Assembly: GCA_963775425.1 (NCBI GenBank)
Contig: CAVZJB010000006.1
Location: 1 to 64,000, forward strand
Direction: 5' to 3'
Source of the DNA: an uncultured delta proteobacterium
GTDB taxonomy: Bacteria > Myxococcota > UBA727 > VGSZ01
Length of the DNA: 64,000 bases
Position 1 is the first letter of the stretch, and every line of letters begins with the position of its first letter. Of the stretch, positions 40,744 through 53,264 are shown piece after piece. The notes under the pieces were generated by a model. The model did not search any database. It saw nothing but the letters and a program-made list of their open reading frames with translations, and was not told where the DNA came from. A program made the translations under genes and the position numbers.

Positions 40744-42330
40744 TCAGCGCGCTTGCATGACGTCGTAGAGGCGCTGGAGGTCCTCGGGCCCAGGCTCGCC
40801 GTCGACGGGCTCGCCGTCGACGGGCTCGCCGTCGACGGGCGCGCCGTCGTCAGGCGCGTCTTCGACGACGACGTCCTCTTCGGGCATGTCGCCGGCGCCG
40901 GCGGTCTCGAAGGCGACGGCGCAGACGGCGCCGTCGCCGCGGTCGACGCAGTCGAGGCCGAAGATGCAGTCGTCGGAGTCCATGCAGGCCGCTCCGGCGT
41001 GCAGCGGCGGCGTGCACGCGCGGTGGATGCACACGAGGTCGTCCTTGCACTCGTCGTGGATCAGGCAGGGATCGCCTTCGCCGAGCGCGGCCCCGCAGCG
41101 GCCGTCGATGCACGCGGCGATGCCGAGGCTGCCGCGGCAGATGTGGGTGGCGTCGCAGGCGTCGCCGTCATCGACGAGCTCGACGGGGACGCACTGCACG
41201 GAGTCGCCGTCGGGGCCGTCGACGCAGGCCATGCCGTCCTGGTACGGGTCGCAGGAGCAGCCGGGGGCGGCGTCGTCGACGGCGCCGACGTCGACGTCGA
41301 CGGCGGCGTCACCGACGTCGACGGCGGCGAGCGGCGCGTCGTCGTCAGCGAGGAGCGCCCGGATGGTGATGTGGTCGAGCCCGTCGAGCGCCGTGCGGCC
41401 GTCGACGTCGACGTCGGCCGGGCGCGCGCAGCGGCCGGTGACGCTGTCGAGCTCGATGACGTCGCGGTCGCCGGTGTCGCACTCGAGGTCCGCGGCGCAG
41501 GGCGCGGCCGGGCCGCAGGCCTCGCCGAGCCCGCGCGCGGCGACGCAGGTGTCGTCGAGGTTGCACACGAGCGCGCCGCCGCAGGACGGGTCGGTGCCGT
41601 CGTCGCCGTCGTCGTCGTCGAGCCAGGGCGTGAGGCAGGGGTCGCCTGCATGGGGCGCGTCCACGCAGGCGGTGGCGCCGACCGCGCCCACGGCGCACAG
41701 CGTGCCCGCGGGGCACGACGCCGACGACGCGCACCGGTTCGTCGGCGCGCACGCGCCGTCGACGCAACGGGTGGACGCGCACTGCTCGTTGGTCTCGCAG
41801 GCGTCGCCCTCCTCGAGCGTGCCGCGGAACGGCTCGGCGCAGTCGTCCCACGCCGTCCGCATGGCGTCGCAGTCGTCGCCGGCGAACGCCTCCTCGCACG
41901 CCGCCACGCGCGCGTCGTCGACGACGACGCCGTCCATGGCGAGCCACGCCTGCCAGCTCGGGCCGAGGTCGGGCTTGAGCACGCGCCAGTTCGACTGCAG
42001 GCGCCCGAGCAGATCGCGGTCGTAGCCGAAGACCTCGGGCGCGCAGCGCTCGACGCCGGCGCCCACCGTGCGATCGAGGACGGCGAGGCCCTCCGTCGCG
42101 CGGTCGCGCGGCGGGTCGCCGGCGCTGGCGGACGCGGCGCCGGCGAGGCGCCGGAGCCAGCCGAGTCGATCGCCCGCGCTCCTCGTCGTTGACGTCGCGT
42201 CGTCGTCGCGCGGGCCGGTGGCGCGCGCGACGCGCGCGTCGTCGTCGCCGCCGAACACGATGACGGGGACGCCGACGACGCAGGTGACGACCGCGGCGGC
42301 GAGGAGGAGCAGGAGGAGCGGGCGGGTCAC
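40744..42330 (-). CDS. Membrane-anchored Cys-rich repeat (Dickkopf/EB-like) protein
   Basis: N-terminal TM helix, many GxxC...C...C.G.C modules, acidic tail with PVDGE repeats. Confidence 0.75.
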   Translation of the reverse strand: MTRPLLLLLLAAAVVTCVVGVPVIVFGGDDDARVARATGPRDDDATSTTRSAGDRLGWLRRLAGAASASAGDPPRDRATEGLAVLDRTVGAGVERCAPEVFGYDRDLLGRLQSNWRVLKPDLGPSWQAWLAMDGVVVDDARVAACEEAFAGDDCDAMRTAWDDCAEPFRGTLEEGDACETNEQCASTRCVDGACAPTNRCASSASCPAGTLCAVGAVGATACVDAPHAGDPCLTPWLDDDDGDDGTDPSCGGALVCNLDDTCVAARGLGEACGPAAPCAADLECDTGDRDVIELDSVTGRCARPADVDVDGRTALDGLDHITIRALLADDDAPLAAVDVGDAAVDVDVGAVDDAAPGCSCDPYQDGMACVDGPDGDSVQCVPVELVDDGDACDATHICRGSLGIAACIDGRCGAALGEGDPCLIHDECKDDLVCIHRACTPPLHAGAACMDSDDCIFGLDCVDRGDGAVCAVAFETAGAGDMPEEDVVVEDAPDDGAPVDGEPVDGEPVDGEPGPEDLQRLYDVMQAR

Positions 42331-42395
42331 AGCGAGGGCGCCGGGGACGATGGTGCCACGTTCGCTCGACACCCTGCGACTGTGCGCGGTTCCGC

Positions 42396-45533
<3,138 letters not shown>

Positions 45534-45625
45534 CTGGCGCCCAACGTTCCCCGCGCGCGGCGTCACAAGTCAAGCAAACGGCCCCCCGTTGTGAATGCGA
45601 CCACCGACGGACACGTCCCTGCGCC

Positions 45626-46261
45626 ATGACCCCTGCCGCCTTCCTCACCCTCCTCGCCCTCCAGGCGCCGGCCCACGACGGGGACCGGGATCGCGGGCGC
45701 CCCACCGAGACCTGCCCCGCCGACGTCGTCGCCCGCTTCGATCGCCTCGATGATGCGCTGCGTCATCTGGGCGACGAGCTCGAGGACACCCACGGCCGCC
45801 GCCACCGCCGTGGCGAGCATGTCCGCGAGGACCTCGCCCTGGCCATGCGCCGCTCGCAGGAGGCCCGCGTCGAGGCCTGCCGCGCCGCCCGCCGGGAGGT
45901 GGTGGTGGCGCCGCGACCGCCGCCGCCGCCGCCGCCGCCGGTGCTCGACGAGGGCCACGCGCGCGAGCTCGTCCGCGCCGTGCGCAAGGAGGCCTTCGAC
46001 GACAGCCGCCTGTCGGTGCTGGCGCTCGGCGTGAACGGCGTGTGCGTGACGGCGCCGCAAGCGGACACCCTGGTGCGCCTGATGACCTTCTCCAAGGCGC
46101 GCATCGACGCGCTGCGCACGCTCACCCCGCGCATCGTCGACCGCCAGGACGCGCTGCGGCTGCTCGACGCTTTCACCTTCGACAGCGACAAGCGGGCGGC
46201 CCGGGAGATCCTCGGCACGGCGCCGCCGGCTCCGGAGTGCGTCCCGCCGCGCCGCCTGTAG
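45626..46261 (+). CDS. DUF4476-like exported protein
   Basis: Signal-like N-terminus; EAFDDSRL...MTFS..RI.AL...IVD...FTFDSDK. Confidence 0.7.
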   Translation: MTPAAFLTLLALQAPAHDGDRDRGRPTETCPADVVARFDRLDDALRHLGDELEDTHGRRHRRGEHVREDLALAMRRSQEARVEACRAARREVVVAPRPPPPPPPPVLDEGHARELVRAVRKEAFDDSRLSVLALGVNGVCVTAPQADTLVRLMTFSKARIDALRTLTPRIVDRQDALRLLDAFTFDSDKRAAREILGTAPPAPECVPPRRL

Positions 46262-46285
46262 CGCTGCCGTCGACCGGATCGATGT

Positions 46286-47620
46286 CTACGGGTGCGCGGC
46301 CGCGGGCGCGGGCGCGTCGGCCTTGCCCGTCTCGCCCGCGCGGTCGAGCCCGAGCTTGGCGAGGATGGCGCCGACGAAGGTGTTCACGCTCACGATGGCG
46401 ATGACCAGCGACGCGAAGGGCCGCCCGATGGACGGCAGCGTGTCGGCGACGATGGTGGCGAGGCCGATGGTGACGCCCGCCTGCGCGATCAGGGTCATCC
46501 ACGCGCTCTTGCGCACCGCGGGCGGGTCCTTCGCAAGACGGTGCGCCACCTGCGTGGACGCGATGATGACGACGAGGCGCACCGCGCAGAACGCCAGCGC
46601 CAGCGGCCACAGGTGCACCAGCGACTGCAGGTCGATCCGCGCCCCCGCCGTGGCGAAGAACACCGTCATCACGCCCGACGCCGTCTTCTCCGACGTGTGC
46701 ACCAGGGTGGGCCCGAGCCTGGTGAGGTTGGTGACGACGAAGCCCGCCACCACGAACACGAGCAGCGTGTCGTAGCGCAGGTACGTACACAGCGCCGTCA
46801 TCGCGTAGCCGAACACCACGACGGCCAGGATGCGCTCCTTGGTGATGCGCAGCGCGAGCGCCAACACCAGCCCCACCGTGATCCCCGCCAGCGCCGACGT
46901 CAAAAGCTCCTGTCCGAGCTCCTGGAACGCGCGCAGCTCGAACGGCTCGCCGAGCACGGCGCCGCGCGCGAGCGCCAACGCGGCGGCGAACAGCGGGAGC
47001 GCGAGCACGTCGAGGAGCACCACGACGCCCAGCGCGTGCTCCGACAGCGGGCCCTTGGCGTGGGCCTCGGACACCACGGCCATCGTGACGCTCGGCGAGC
47101 GCGGCAACATGAACACGCCCCACAACAGGGCGAGCGCGATGACGGCGCCTTTGTCGACGGACGCCATGAACGGCACGATGGGCACGGCGACCATGAACGC
47201 CGCCCCCATGGCGAGCACGACGAGGAACGTCTGCACCCACGCCGACCACAGCACGCTCTTGTAGATGCGCACCAGCGACGGGAGCGTGATCTCGGCGCCC
47301 GCCTGCAGCGCGATGAGCGCGAGCGCGAGCACGTTGGCGAGCGCGATGTCCTCGAGGTCCGCGGTGCGCACGATGCCGAGCACCTGCGGCCCGGCGACCA
47401 CGCCCGCGACGAGCGCGCCGATGATGCGCGGCATGCGGAGCAGGGCCGACAACGAGCCGGCGGCGGCGCCGGCGACGACGAGGAAGCCGAGGGCGAACAG
47501 CGCCTGCCCGTCGCGCGGCAACATCCCGAAGCGCTTCAACAGCAGGTACGCCACGGCCACGAGCACCACGGCGACGACGCCCTCGATCACGGCGAGCGGC
47601 TTGGGGCGGTTGGCGCTCAC
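46286..47620 (-). CDS. Cation:proton antiporter family protein
   Basis: About 12 TM helices; MPRIIG..VAG...GP, LIALQAGAE, VVLLDV, FFATAGA, AQAGVTIGLA. Confidence 0.85.
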   Translation of the reverse strand: MSANRPKPLAVIEGVVAVVLVAVAYLLLKRFGMLPRDGQALFALGFLVVAGAAAGSLSALLRMPRIIGALVAGVVAGPQVLGIVRTADLEDIALANVLALALIALQAGAEITLPSLVRIYKSVLWSAWVQTFLVVLAMGAAFMVAVPIVPFMASVDKGAVIALALLWGVFMLPRSPSVTMAVVSEAHAKGPLSEHALGVVVLLDVLALPLFAAALALARGAVLGEPFELRAFQELGQELLTSALAGITVGLVLALALRITKERILAVVVFGYAMTALCTYLRYDTLLVFVVAGFVVTNLTRLGPTLVHTSEKTASGVMTVFFATAGARIDLQSLVHLWPLALAFCAVRLVVIIASTQVAHRLAKDPPAVRKSAWMTLIAQAGVTIGLATIVADTLPSIGRPFASLVIAIVSVNTFVGAILAKLGLDRAGETGKADAPAPAAAHP

Positions 47621-48831
47621 GGGTGATCCCTCACCGAGCCGCCCGAGTGCACGTCGCCGCCGCTCACGTGCGCGGACGACGGGTGCCCCATGGGCGGCGC
47701 CTGCTTGTGGGCCGCGAGCGAGAACGTGAACGCCACGGCGTCGGCGACGGCGACGGCGATGATGACGGAGGGCAACAGGCTGGCGGCGTCGTCGACGTGG
47801 GCCTCGGCGAAGGCGGCGACGGCGACCAGCGGCGTGGTGGACGTGGCCACGGTGGCCGCGAGGCGCTCGAGGAGCGAGCGCCCGTCCACGAGCGCGAGGC
47901 TGACACCGAGCTGCACGAGGACGGCGCCCACGCCGAGGATGATGCCGGCGACGAGGTCGGCGAGGTCGAAGGTGGTGGACGCCGCGAGCAGCACCGTGAT
48001 CACGATGCGCACCGGCCGCTCCGTGAGCAGCAGCTTGTCGACGACGTCGGAGCCGCGGAAGGGGCCGGACACGGCGCCGAGCACGAAGCCGGCGACGGCG
48101 CCGGGCACGGCGGCGAGGCGCGCGAGGCCGGCGACGAGCGTGGCGACGGAGAGGTAGGCGACGGCGGCGGGGACCTTGGCGGGATCGCCCGGCGCGAGCA
48201 GGAGCTGCACGACGACGGCGCCGAGCACGCCGAAGCCCACGAGGACGAGCGTCTCCTGTGCGCCGCTCCACGCGGCGAACGCGCCGAGGGCGGCGGCCAG
48301 CACCACGAGCTCGGCGGTGGCGGCGAAGGCGGTGCGCGCGCGCGTGCCGTGGCGCTCGCCGGGCATGCCCGCGAGGCTGGCGCCGACGAGGACGGCGGCA
48401 GGGGCGACGCTGCCGGCGCTGACGAAGGGGTGGCCGGTGGCCGCCGCCGAAAGGAGCACGAGCGCGGCGATGCCGGACGCGACGACGGCGGCGGCGAAGG
48501 CGAGCGCGACGGCGCGGGCGACGCTGCGCGGCGGCCCCTTGTGCACGGGCCCGGAGACGTCGGCGGGGCGCGGCGCGGACGAGCGCTTGAGCGCCGCGGA
48601 CGCGCGAAGGCCCGCGAGGAGCGCGAGCCAGCAGATCCCGACGACGAGCGCGGTGCCGAGGCTCTCGAGCGTGCTGGGGGTGAGGAAGTCCAGCCCCGCC
48701 GGAGAGATGGCGAGGCCGAAGAGCACGAGCACCGGGGTGGTGGCGCGCGCGATCACCTCGTCGAGCGCGCCCTGCCGCGAGGCGAGCATGGCGAGCGACA
48801 GGAGCCCGAGGAGGACGAGCAGCGACGTCAT
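47617..48831 (-). CDS. Divergent antiporter-like polytopic membrane protein
   Basis: About 11 TM helices, G.AISP.GL, ERPV; GTGA overlap with the downstream antiporter. Confidence 0.65.
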   Translation of the reverse strand: MTSLLVLLGLLSLAMLASRQGALDEVIARATTPVLVLFGLAISPAGLDFLTPSTLESLGTALVVGICWLALLAGLRASAALKRSSAPRPADVSGPVHKGPPRSVARAVALAFAAAVVASGIAALVLLSAAATGHPFVSAGSVAPAAVLVGASLAGMPGERHGTRARTAFAATAELVVLAAALGAFAAWSGAQETLVLVGFGVLGAVVVQLLLAPGDPAKVPAAVAYLSVATLVAGLARLAAVPGAVAGFVLGAVSGPFRGSDVVDKLLLTERPVRIVITVLLAASTTFDLADLVAGIILGVGAVLVQLGVSLALVDGRSLLERLAATVATSTTPLVAVAAFAEAHVDDAASLLPSVIIAVAVADAVAFTFSLAAHKQAPPMGHPSSAHVSGGDVHSGGSVRDHP

Positions 48832-48838
48832 GTCGCCG

Positions 48839-50458
48839 TCACGACTCCCCGTCGGCGAGGGCGAGGTCGCCACGCTCGACGGCCTCGACCAGGGCGCGCA
48901 CGAGGGCCTCGCGGGCCCCGGGCTTGGCCATCGGGACGAAGAGGCAGCAGTGCAGCGAGGTGCCGCGCGCGTCGAGCAGCTCGACGCCGCCGTCGGCGCC
49001 CGCGCGCTTGGCGACGGCGCGGAGCGCGGCGTCGAGCTTGTCCATGGCGCGGTCGCGGCGCACGACGACGTCGAGCTCGGCGCGCGGCGCCTTGAGCTGC
49101 TTGACGGGCATGAACATGAACGACAGGTGCGGCACGTGGATGGTGCCGCCGTGGTCGGGCACCAGGAGCACGTCGATGAGGTTCACCGCGGCGACCTCGC
49201 CGCGCGCGGTGCCGACCTCCACCCAGTCGCCGGGCTTGACGGTGCCCCGCCACAAAAGGACGACGCCGGCGGCGGCGGACGCGAGCACGGGCACCGACGA
49301 CAGCAGCGCGCACCCGCCGGCGGCGAGGGCGAGGGTCTCGAGCGGTGTTCCGAAGCGACCGAACGCGGCGGCGATGACGAGCGGCGCGGCGAGCAACGCC
49401 ACGCCGGCGCCGACGGCGACGCGCACGGGGAACACGCGTCCGGGCCCGATGACGCGCGAAGGGACGCGGCCCTGGGCGACGCCGTCGAGGAGGAGCTGGA
49501 CGAAGCGCAGGCCGGCGCGGACGGCGACGAGGAGGATGGCCGCGAGGACGAGGCCGGGGACGGCGCCGACGAGGCCGTTGATGCCGTGGACGAGCGGCGC
49601 GGCGGCCCAGCCGCCGAGGCTCTTGAGCACCGGGCGGGTGGCTTCGAACTGGCCGAGGACGGCGCCCACGACGACGCCGGCGACGACGACGTACGCGAGC
49701 AAGCGCGCGCCGAGGAGGCCGGCGGCGAGGAGGCCGCGGAAGGCGTCCGACGACAGGACGGGCTGGCCGAAGATGCGCAGCGGGGAGGTGGGGACGCGCT
49801 CCTCGAGGCGGGTCTCCCACGCGGTGAACGCCTTGCGGAGCGTGCGCAGGGTGACGAGGCCGAGGACGCAGACGAGGACGGAAAAGAAGATGCGCAAGGC
49901 GAGGGCCTGGAGCGACGAGCGGCGCTCCTCCTCCTTGACGAAGGAGGCCATGCGCGTGTCGAGCTCGGCGGCGTAGCGCTCGAGGGTGGCGCCCTCGGCG
50001 GCGGCGTCGGCCTCGGTGAGGGTGGCGACGGATCGGCCGTGGACGTCGACCACGGCGACGTCGTCGACGACGCGCACCTCGGCCGCGGGCGCGCCCTCGA
50101 CGGCGTCGGCCTCGAGCGCGGCGGCGAGCGCGGCCCCGGCGTCGCGCGCGCGGGCGCGGGCGCTCTTGCCGAGCCGCGGCACGCGGAACGACAGCGGCGT
50201 CGGCCGCTCGTGGACGGAGACGACGACGGCCTCGGGCCGTGTGACGCCGGCGTCCTCGGTGGCGCGCTCCACGCTCGGCGCGCCCCCGTCCACGACGACG
50301 CGCCCCGCCGGGGCGGGCACGCCGCCGTCGTCCTTGACCGCGCCGCCCGCCGAAGCCGGCACGCCGGCGTCAAGGGCGGCGCGCCCCTCCGAAGCCGGCA
50401 CGCCGCCGTCGGGGACCTGGGCGATCCCGAGGGCCAGCACGAACAGGAGAGAGGTCAT
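48839..50458 (-). CDS. MscS-family mechanosensitive channel-like protein with periplasmic N-terminal domain
   Basis: Signal peptide, TM helices, then VKPGDWVEVG...GEV..VNL...L...G..IHVPH (MscS beta domain). Confidence 0.8.
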   Translation of the reverse strand: MTSLLFVLALGIAQVPDGGVPASEGRAALDAGVPASAGGAVKDDGGVPAPAGRVVVDGGAPSVERATEDAGVTRPEAVVVSVHERPTPLSFRVPRLGKSARARARDAGAALAAALEADAVEGAPAAEVRVVDDVAVVDVHGRSVATLTEADAAAEGATLERYAAELDTRMASFVKEEERRSSLQALALRIFFSVLVCVLGLVTLRTLRKAFTAWETRLEERVPTSPLRIFGQPVLSSDAFRGLLAAGLLGARLLAYVVVAGVVVGAVLGQFEATRPVLKSLGGWAAAPLVHGINGLVGAVPGLVLAAILLVAVRAGLRFVQLLLDGVAQGRVPSRVIGPGRVFPVRVAVGAGVALLAAPLVIAAAFGRFGTPLETLALAAGGCALLSSVPVLASAAAGVVLLWRGTVKPGDWVEVGTARGEVAAVNLIDVLLVPDHGGTIHVPHLSFMFMPVKQLKAPRAELDVVVRRDRAMDKLDAALRAVAKRAGADGGVELLDARGTSLHCCLFVPMAKPGAREALVRALVEAVERGDLALADGES

Positions 50459-51723
50459 CGGTCGATCTCCGTGCCGACGAGGCCGAGGCCGGTGATCACC
50501 GGGATGACGTCGTCGATGCGGTCACCGACGAGGATCTCGTCGAGCGCCGCCGCCAGCGCCGCCGACGGGCCCCGGATGCGCACGCGCGACGGCCGCGGGC
50601 CGCCGTCCGCGGCGACGAGGATCGACAGCTCACCGGACGGCAACTCCAACGACGCCGTCGCCATTCCGGCCGGCGGCGCCGCCGGCAGCTCCAGGCGCGT
50701 CTCCGCCGGCGCCGACGCCAGCTTGGTCAGCGCCAGCGCGCACAGCTCACCCGCGGCGATGGTCTCGCGCAGCCGCACGCGCGCCCGCGCCCGCGTACAG
50801 CCACCGTCGACGACGACGGGGACGACGGGGACGTCGTCGTAGGCGAACACCGGCTCGTGTTTCCTCAGGTCGTCGCCGACGCCGCACGCGCGCAGCGCCG
50901 GGCCGGTGAGCCCGAGGTCGGCGGCCTCGGTCCGGGAGATGCGCCCGAGGCCCTCGAGGTGCGCGTCGAGGGCCGGCGTCTCCTCCACCGCCTGCGCCAC
51001 CTCGCGCACCGACGAGAGCAACCGCGGCAGCTCCCGCTGGATGCGCGCGGCCTCGTCGTCGTGGATGGGGCGCAGCAGGCCGCCGAAGGCGCGAAAAGCG
51101 TCCCCGGTGAGCACGCCGTCGAGGAGCCCGCGCATGGTGCGGGCGCTCTCGAGCAACGTCCGGCGCGCGCGCGACGTCGCGGGCGACAGCGGCGGCGTGC
51201 TCAGCAGCCGCAGGTGCTCCGCCATGCGAGACAGCTCGAGCGCCACCACCCGCCAGAGCTGGGCGCGGCGCGGCACGTTTTCGTCGACGCCGTGCAAGCG
51301 CTCGACGACGAGCGCCCACGCGAGCTCGTGCCCCACCGGGGACAGCGGGTTCACGCGCGCGAGCACCTCGAACACGTCGGCCCACGCCATCCCCTCGGCC
51401 GCCTTCTCGAGGCCCTGGTGCAGGAAGCCCACCTCGGGGTCGACGGTGACGAGGCGGTCGCCGTCGAGCTCGACGCGGACCTGCAAAGGGAACGGCATGG
51501 CCCGGTGTACGGGCCCGAAGGTCCACACGAGGTGCTTGGCGAGCGTCGTCGTCGACGCACCCACGAGCGTCCCGCGCGCGCCGACGCGAAACAGCTCCTC
51601 CTCGATGGCGGGCCGGAGCAGATCGTCGTCGTCGGGCGGCGACAGCGGCGCACCCGGCGCGTCGGACTCCGCGACGGGGTCGGGCAGGAGGGCGCCGGGG
51701 AGCACCTCGAGGATCTGCCTCAT
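50455..51723 (-). CDS. NADH-quinone oxidoreductase subunit D-like protein (degenerate)
   Basis: FGP.H, ELDGD, GFLHQGLEK, ELSR...HL, GLTGP.LRA.G, DLRK..P, E.PSGE, R.RIRGPS, C-terminal EIDR. Confidence 0.85.
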   Translation of the reverse strand: MRQILEVLPGALLPDPVAESDAPGAPLSPPDDDDLLRPAIEEELFRVGARGTLVGASTTTLAKHLVWTFGPVHRAMPFPLQVRVELDGDRLVTVDPEVGFLHQGLEKAAEGMAWADVFEVLARVNPLSPVGHELAWALVVERLHGVDENVPRRAQLWRVVALELSRMAEHLRLLSTPPLSPATSRARRTLLESARTMRGLLDGVLTGDAFRAFGGLLRPIHDDEAARIQRELPRLLSSVREVAQAVEETPALDAHLEGLGRISRTEAADLGLTGPALRACGVGDDLRKHEPVFAYDDVPVVPVVVDGGCTRARARVRLRETIAAGELCALALTKLASAPAETRLELPAAPPAGMATASLELPSGELSILVAADGGPRPSRVRIRGPSAALAAALDEILVGDRIDDVIPVITGLGLVGTEIDR

Positions 51724-52271
51724 GGCGCATCCCGCGACGCCGGCGCGGCGTCCTCGATGATCACGGGCGGCGGCACCTCGTCGTCGAGGAGCGCCACCAG
51801 CGGCTGCTGCTTGGTGGCGCGGTAGTCCTTCCGCAGCGGGTGCCCCGCGAAGCCCGGGTAGAGCAGCAGCGGTCGCAGGTGCGGGTGGCCGTCGGGGTAG
51901 ATGCCGAACATCTCGTGCAGCTCGCGCTCGAGGGAGTCGGCGGCGGTGAACAGCGAGGTGAGGCTCGGGACGGTGGGGTCGTCGTCGGTGGCGTGCGTGA
52001 CGATGTGCGCGCGGTAGCCGAGCCGCGGGCTGCGCAGGCGCACGTGCACCTCGAAGCGAGGCTCGGCGCCGGGGCCGAGGTCCACGCCGGCGACGTCGAC
52101 GAGCAGCGACAGATCGGCGTCGGGATCGCGCTGGAGGAACGCGCACAGCTCGAGGAGCCGCTCGCGCTTGACGATGAAGCGGTCGCCGTCCTTGTGCGCG
52201 GCGCCGCTGTCGACGACGTGGGCGCCGATGCGGTTGCGTACGAGCCGTACGAGGTGTCCCGGGCGGCTCAC
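51720..52271 (-). CDS. NADH-quinone oxidoreductase subunit C-like protein
   Basis: L.D.AGVD...RFEV...VPSL..LF..A..LERE..EMFGI...GHP.LR.LL.Y.GF.GHPLRKDY. Confidence 0.9.
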   Translation of the reverse strand: MSRPGHLVRLVRNRIGAHVVDSGAAHKDGDRFIVKRERLLELCAFLQRDPDADLSLLVDVAGVDLGPGAEPRFEVHVRLRSPRLGYRAHIVTHATDDDPTVPSLTSLFTAADSLERELHEMFGIYPDGHPHLRPLLLYPGFAGHPLRKDYRATKQQPLVALLDDEVPPPVIIEDAAPASRDAP

Positions 52272-52702
52272 GGCGCGAGCCCCGGCAGCCGCGCGTCGAG
52301 CGCGTCGAGCGCGCGCTGCATCATGGCCGCGCTCGGCGGGTGTCCGCGCACGACGACGTCGATGGGCACGATCTGCGAGATGTCGGCGACCCCGGCGTAC
52401 AGGTGCGGGACCAGGATCCCCTCGGCCGGCTCGAGCTCCACGACCATCGCCGTCGCGGGCCGCGACATGGCCGCGTGCGTGCGCACCACGAACGGCGCGA
52501 GCTTGTGGCTGATGCGCCCGACGATGACGAGCAGATCCGCCTGGCGCGCCGCCGGCGCGTCGGTGGGCACGCCGATGGGCAGCAGGCGCGGCTGCGCCCA
52601 GGCCTCGGCGTCGCGGCCCGGGAGCGCGCCGACGACGGCGACGCCGACGCGGCTCTTGCGGCGCGCCCAGCGCATGATGGGGCCGAGCACGGCGTCAAGC
52701 AC
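52268..52702 (-). CDS. NADH-quinone oxidoreductase subunit B-like protein lacking all Fe-S cysteines
   Basis: WARRKS, RQADLLVIVG.ISHKLAP, IVPIDVVV.GHPP; no Cys in the ORF. Confidence 0.8.
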   Translation of the reverse strand: MLDAVLGPIMRWARRKSRVGVAVVGALPGRDAEAWAQPRLLPIGVPTDAPAARQADLLVIVGRISHKLAPFVVRTHAAMSRPATAMVVELEPAEGILVPHLYAGVADISQIVPIDVVVRGHPPSAAMMQRALDALDARLPGLAP

Positions 52703-53069
52703 GCGGCGACCCCGCCGGCGGCTCGGCCTCGACGGCGCGCAGGGTGCCGCGCCGCCACGCCCACCACACCGCGGTGAGGAGCGCGCCGCCGCCGACGAGG
52801 ACGGGGAGCGCGGCGTCGTCGGCGGGGCCGGCGGCGAACACCAGGAGCACGCCGAGCCCGGCGGTGCCGGCGCAGGCGAGCGCGATGACCTCGAAGAGGT
52901 GCACGTGGAAGCGGTGCCGCCCGCCGCGCGGCTCGAGCTCGCGCAGCGCCGTCGCGGAGCGCGCGTTCATCTCCTTGGGACGCAACAGGACGTGCAGCCC
53001 CGTCACCGCCAGGCCTGCGGCGACGACGAACGCGGCGACGAACGCGACCGAGGCGAGCGCGGTGGCCAT
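52695..53069 (-). CDS. NADH-quinone oxidoreductase subunit A-like membrane protein (degenerate)
   Basis: 124 aa, three TM helices, RFHV..F, C-terminal WWAWRRG.L; first gene before the nuoB-like ORF. Confidence 0.7.
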   Translation of the reverse strand: MATALASVAFVAAFVVAAGLAVTGLHVLLRPKEMNARSATALRELEPRGGRHRFHVHLFEVIALACAGTAGLGVLLVFAAGPADDAALPVLVGGGALLTAVWWAWRRGTLRAVEAEPPAGSPRA

Positions 53070-53264
53070 GCGCCCCTTGTTATCCGCAACGCCGCGCGGT
53101 GCCAACGAAGACCGGTCGGGCGCCCGTGTCACCGAGCCCCCGCCCGTCGCCGGCGGCGGCACCCGGCCGTTCGCCGTCGTCGCCCCGTGGTGGACGTGGT
53201 CGGCGCCGTGCGGCTTTGACGTCCGCTCGAGGACGGCACATCGTCGCCGCGCGGAGGCGAACAC

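Noticed and set aside
50455-51723. Group 4 [NiFe]-hydrogenase large subunit
   Set aside because: It lacks both the RxCxxC and DPCxxC nickel-binding motifs and ends in the NuoD-type EIDR.
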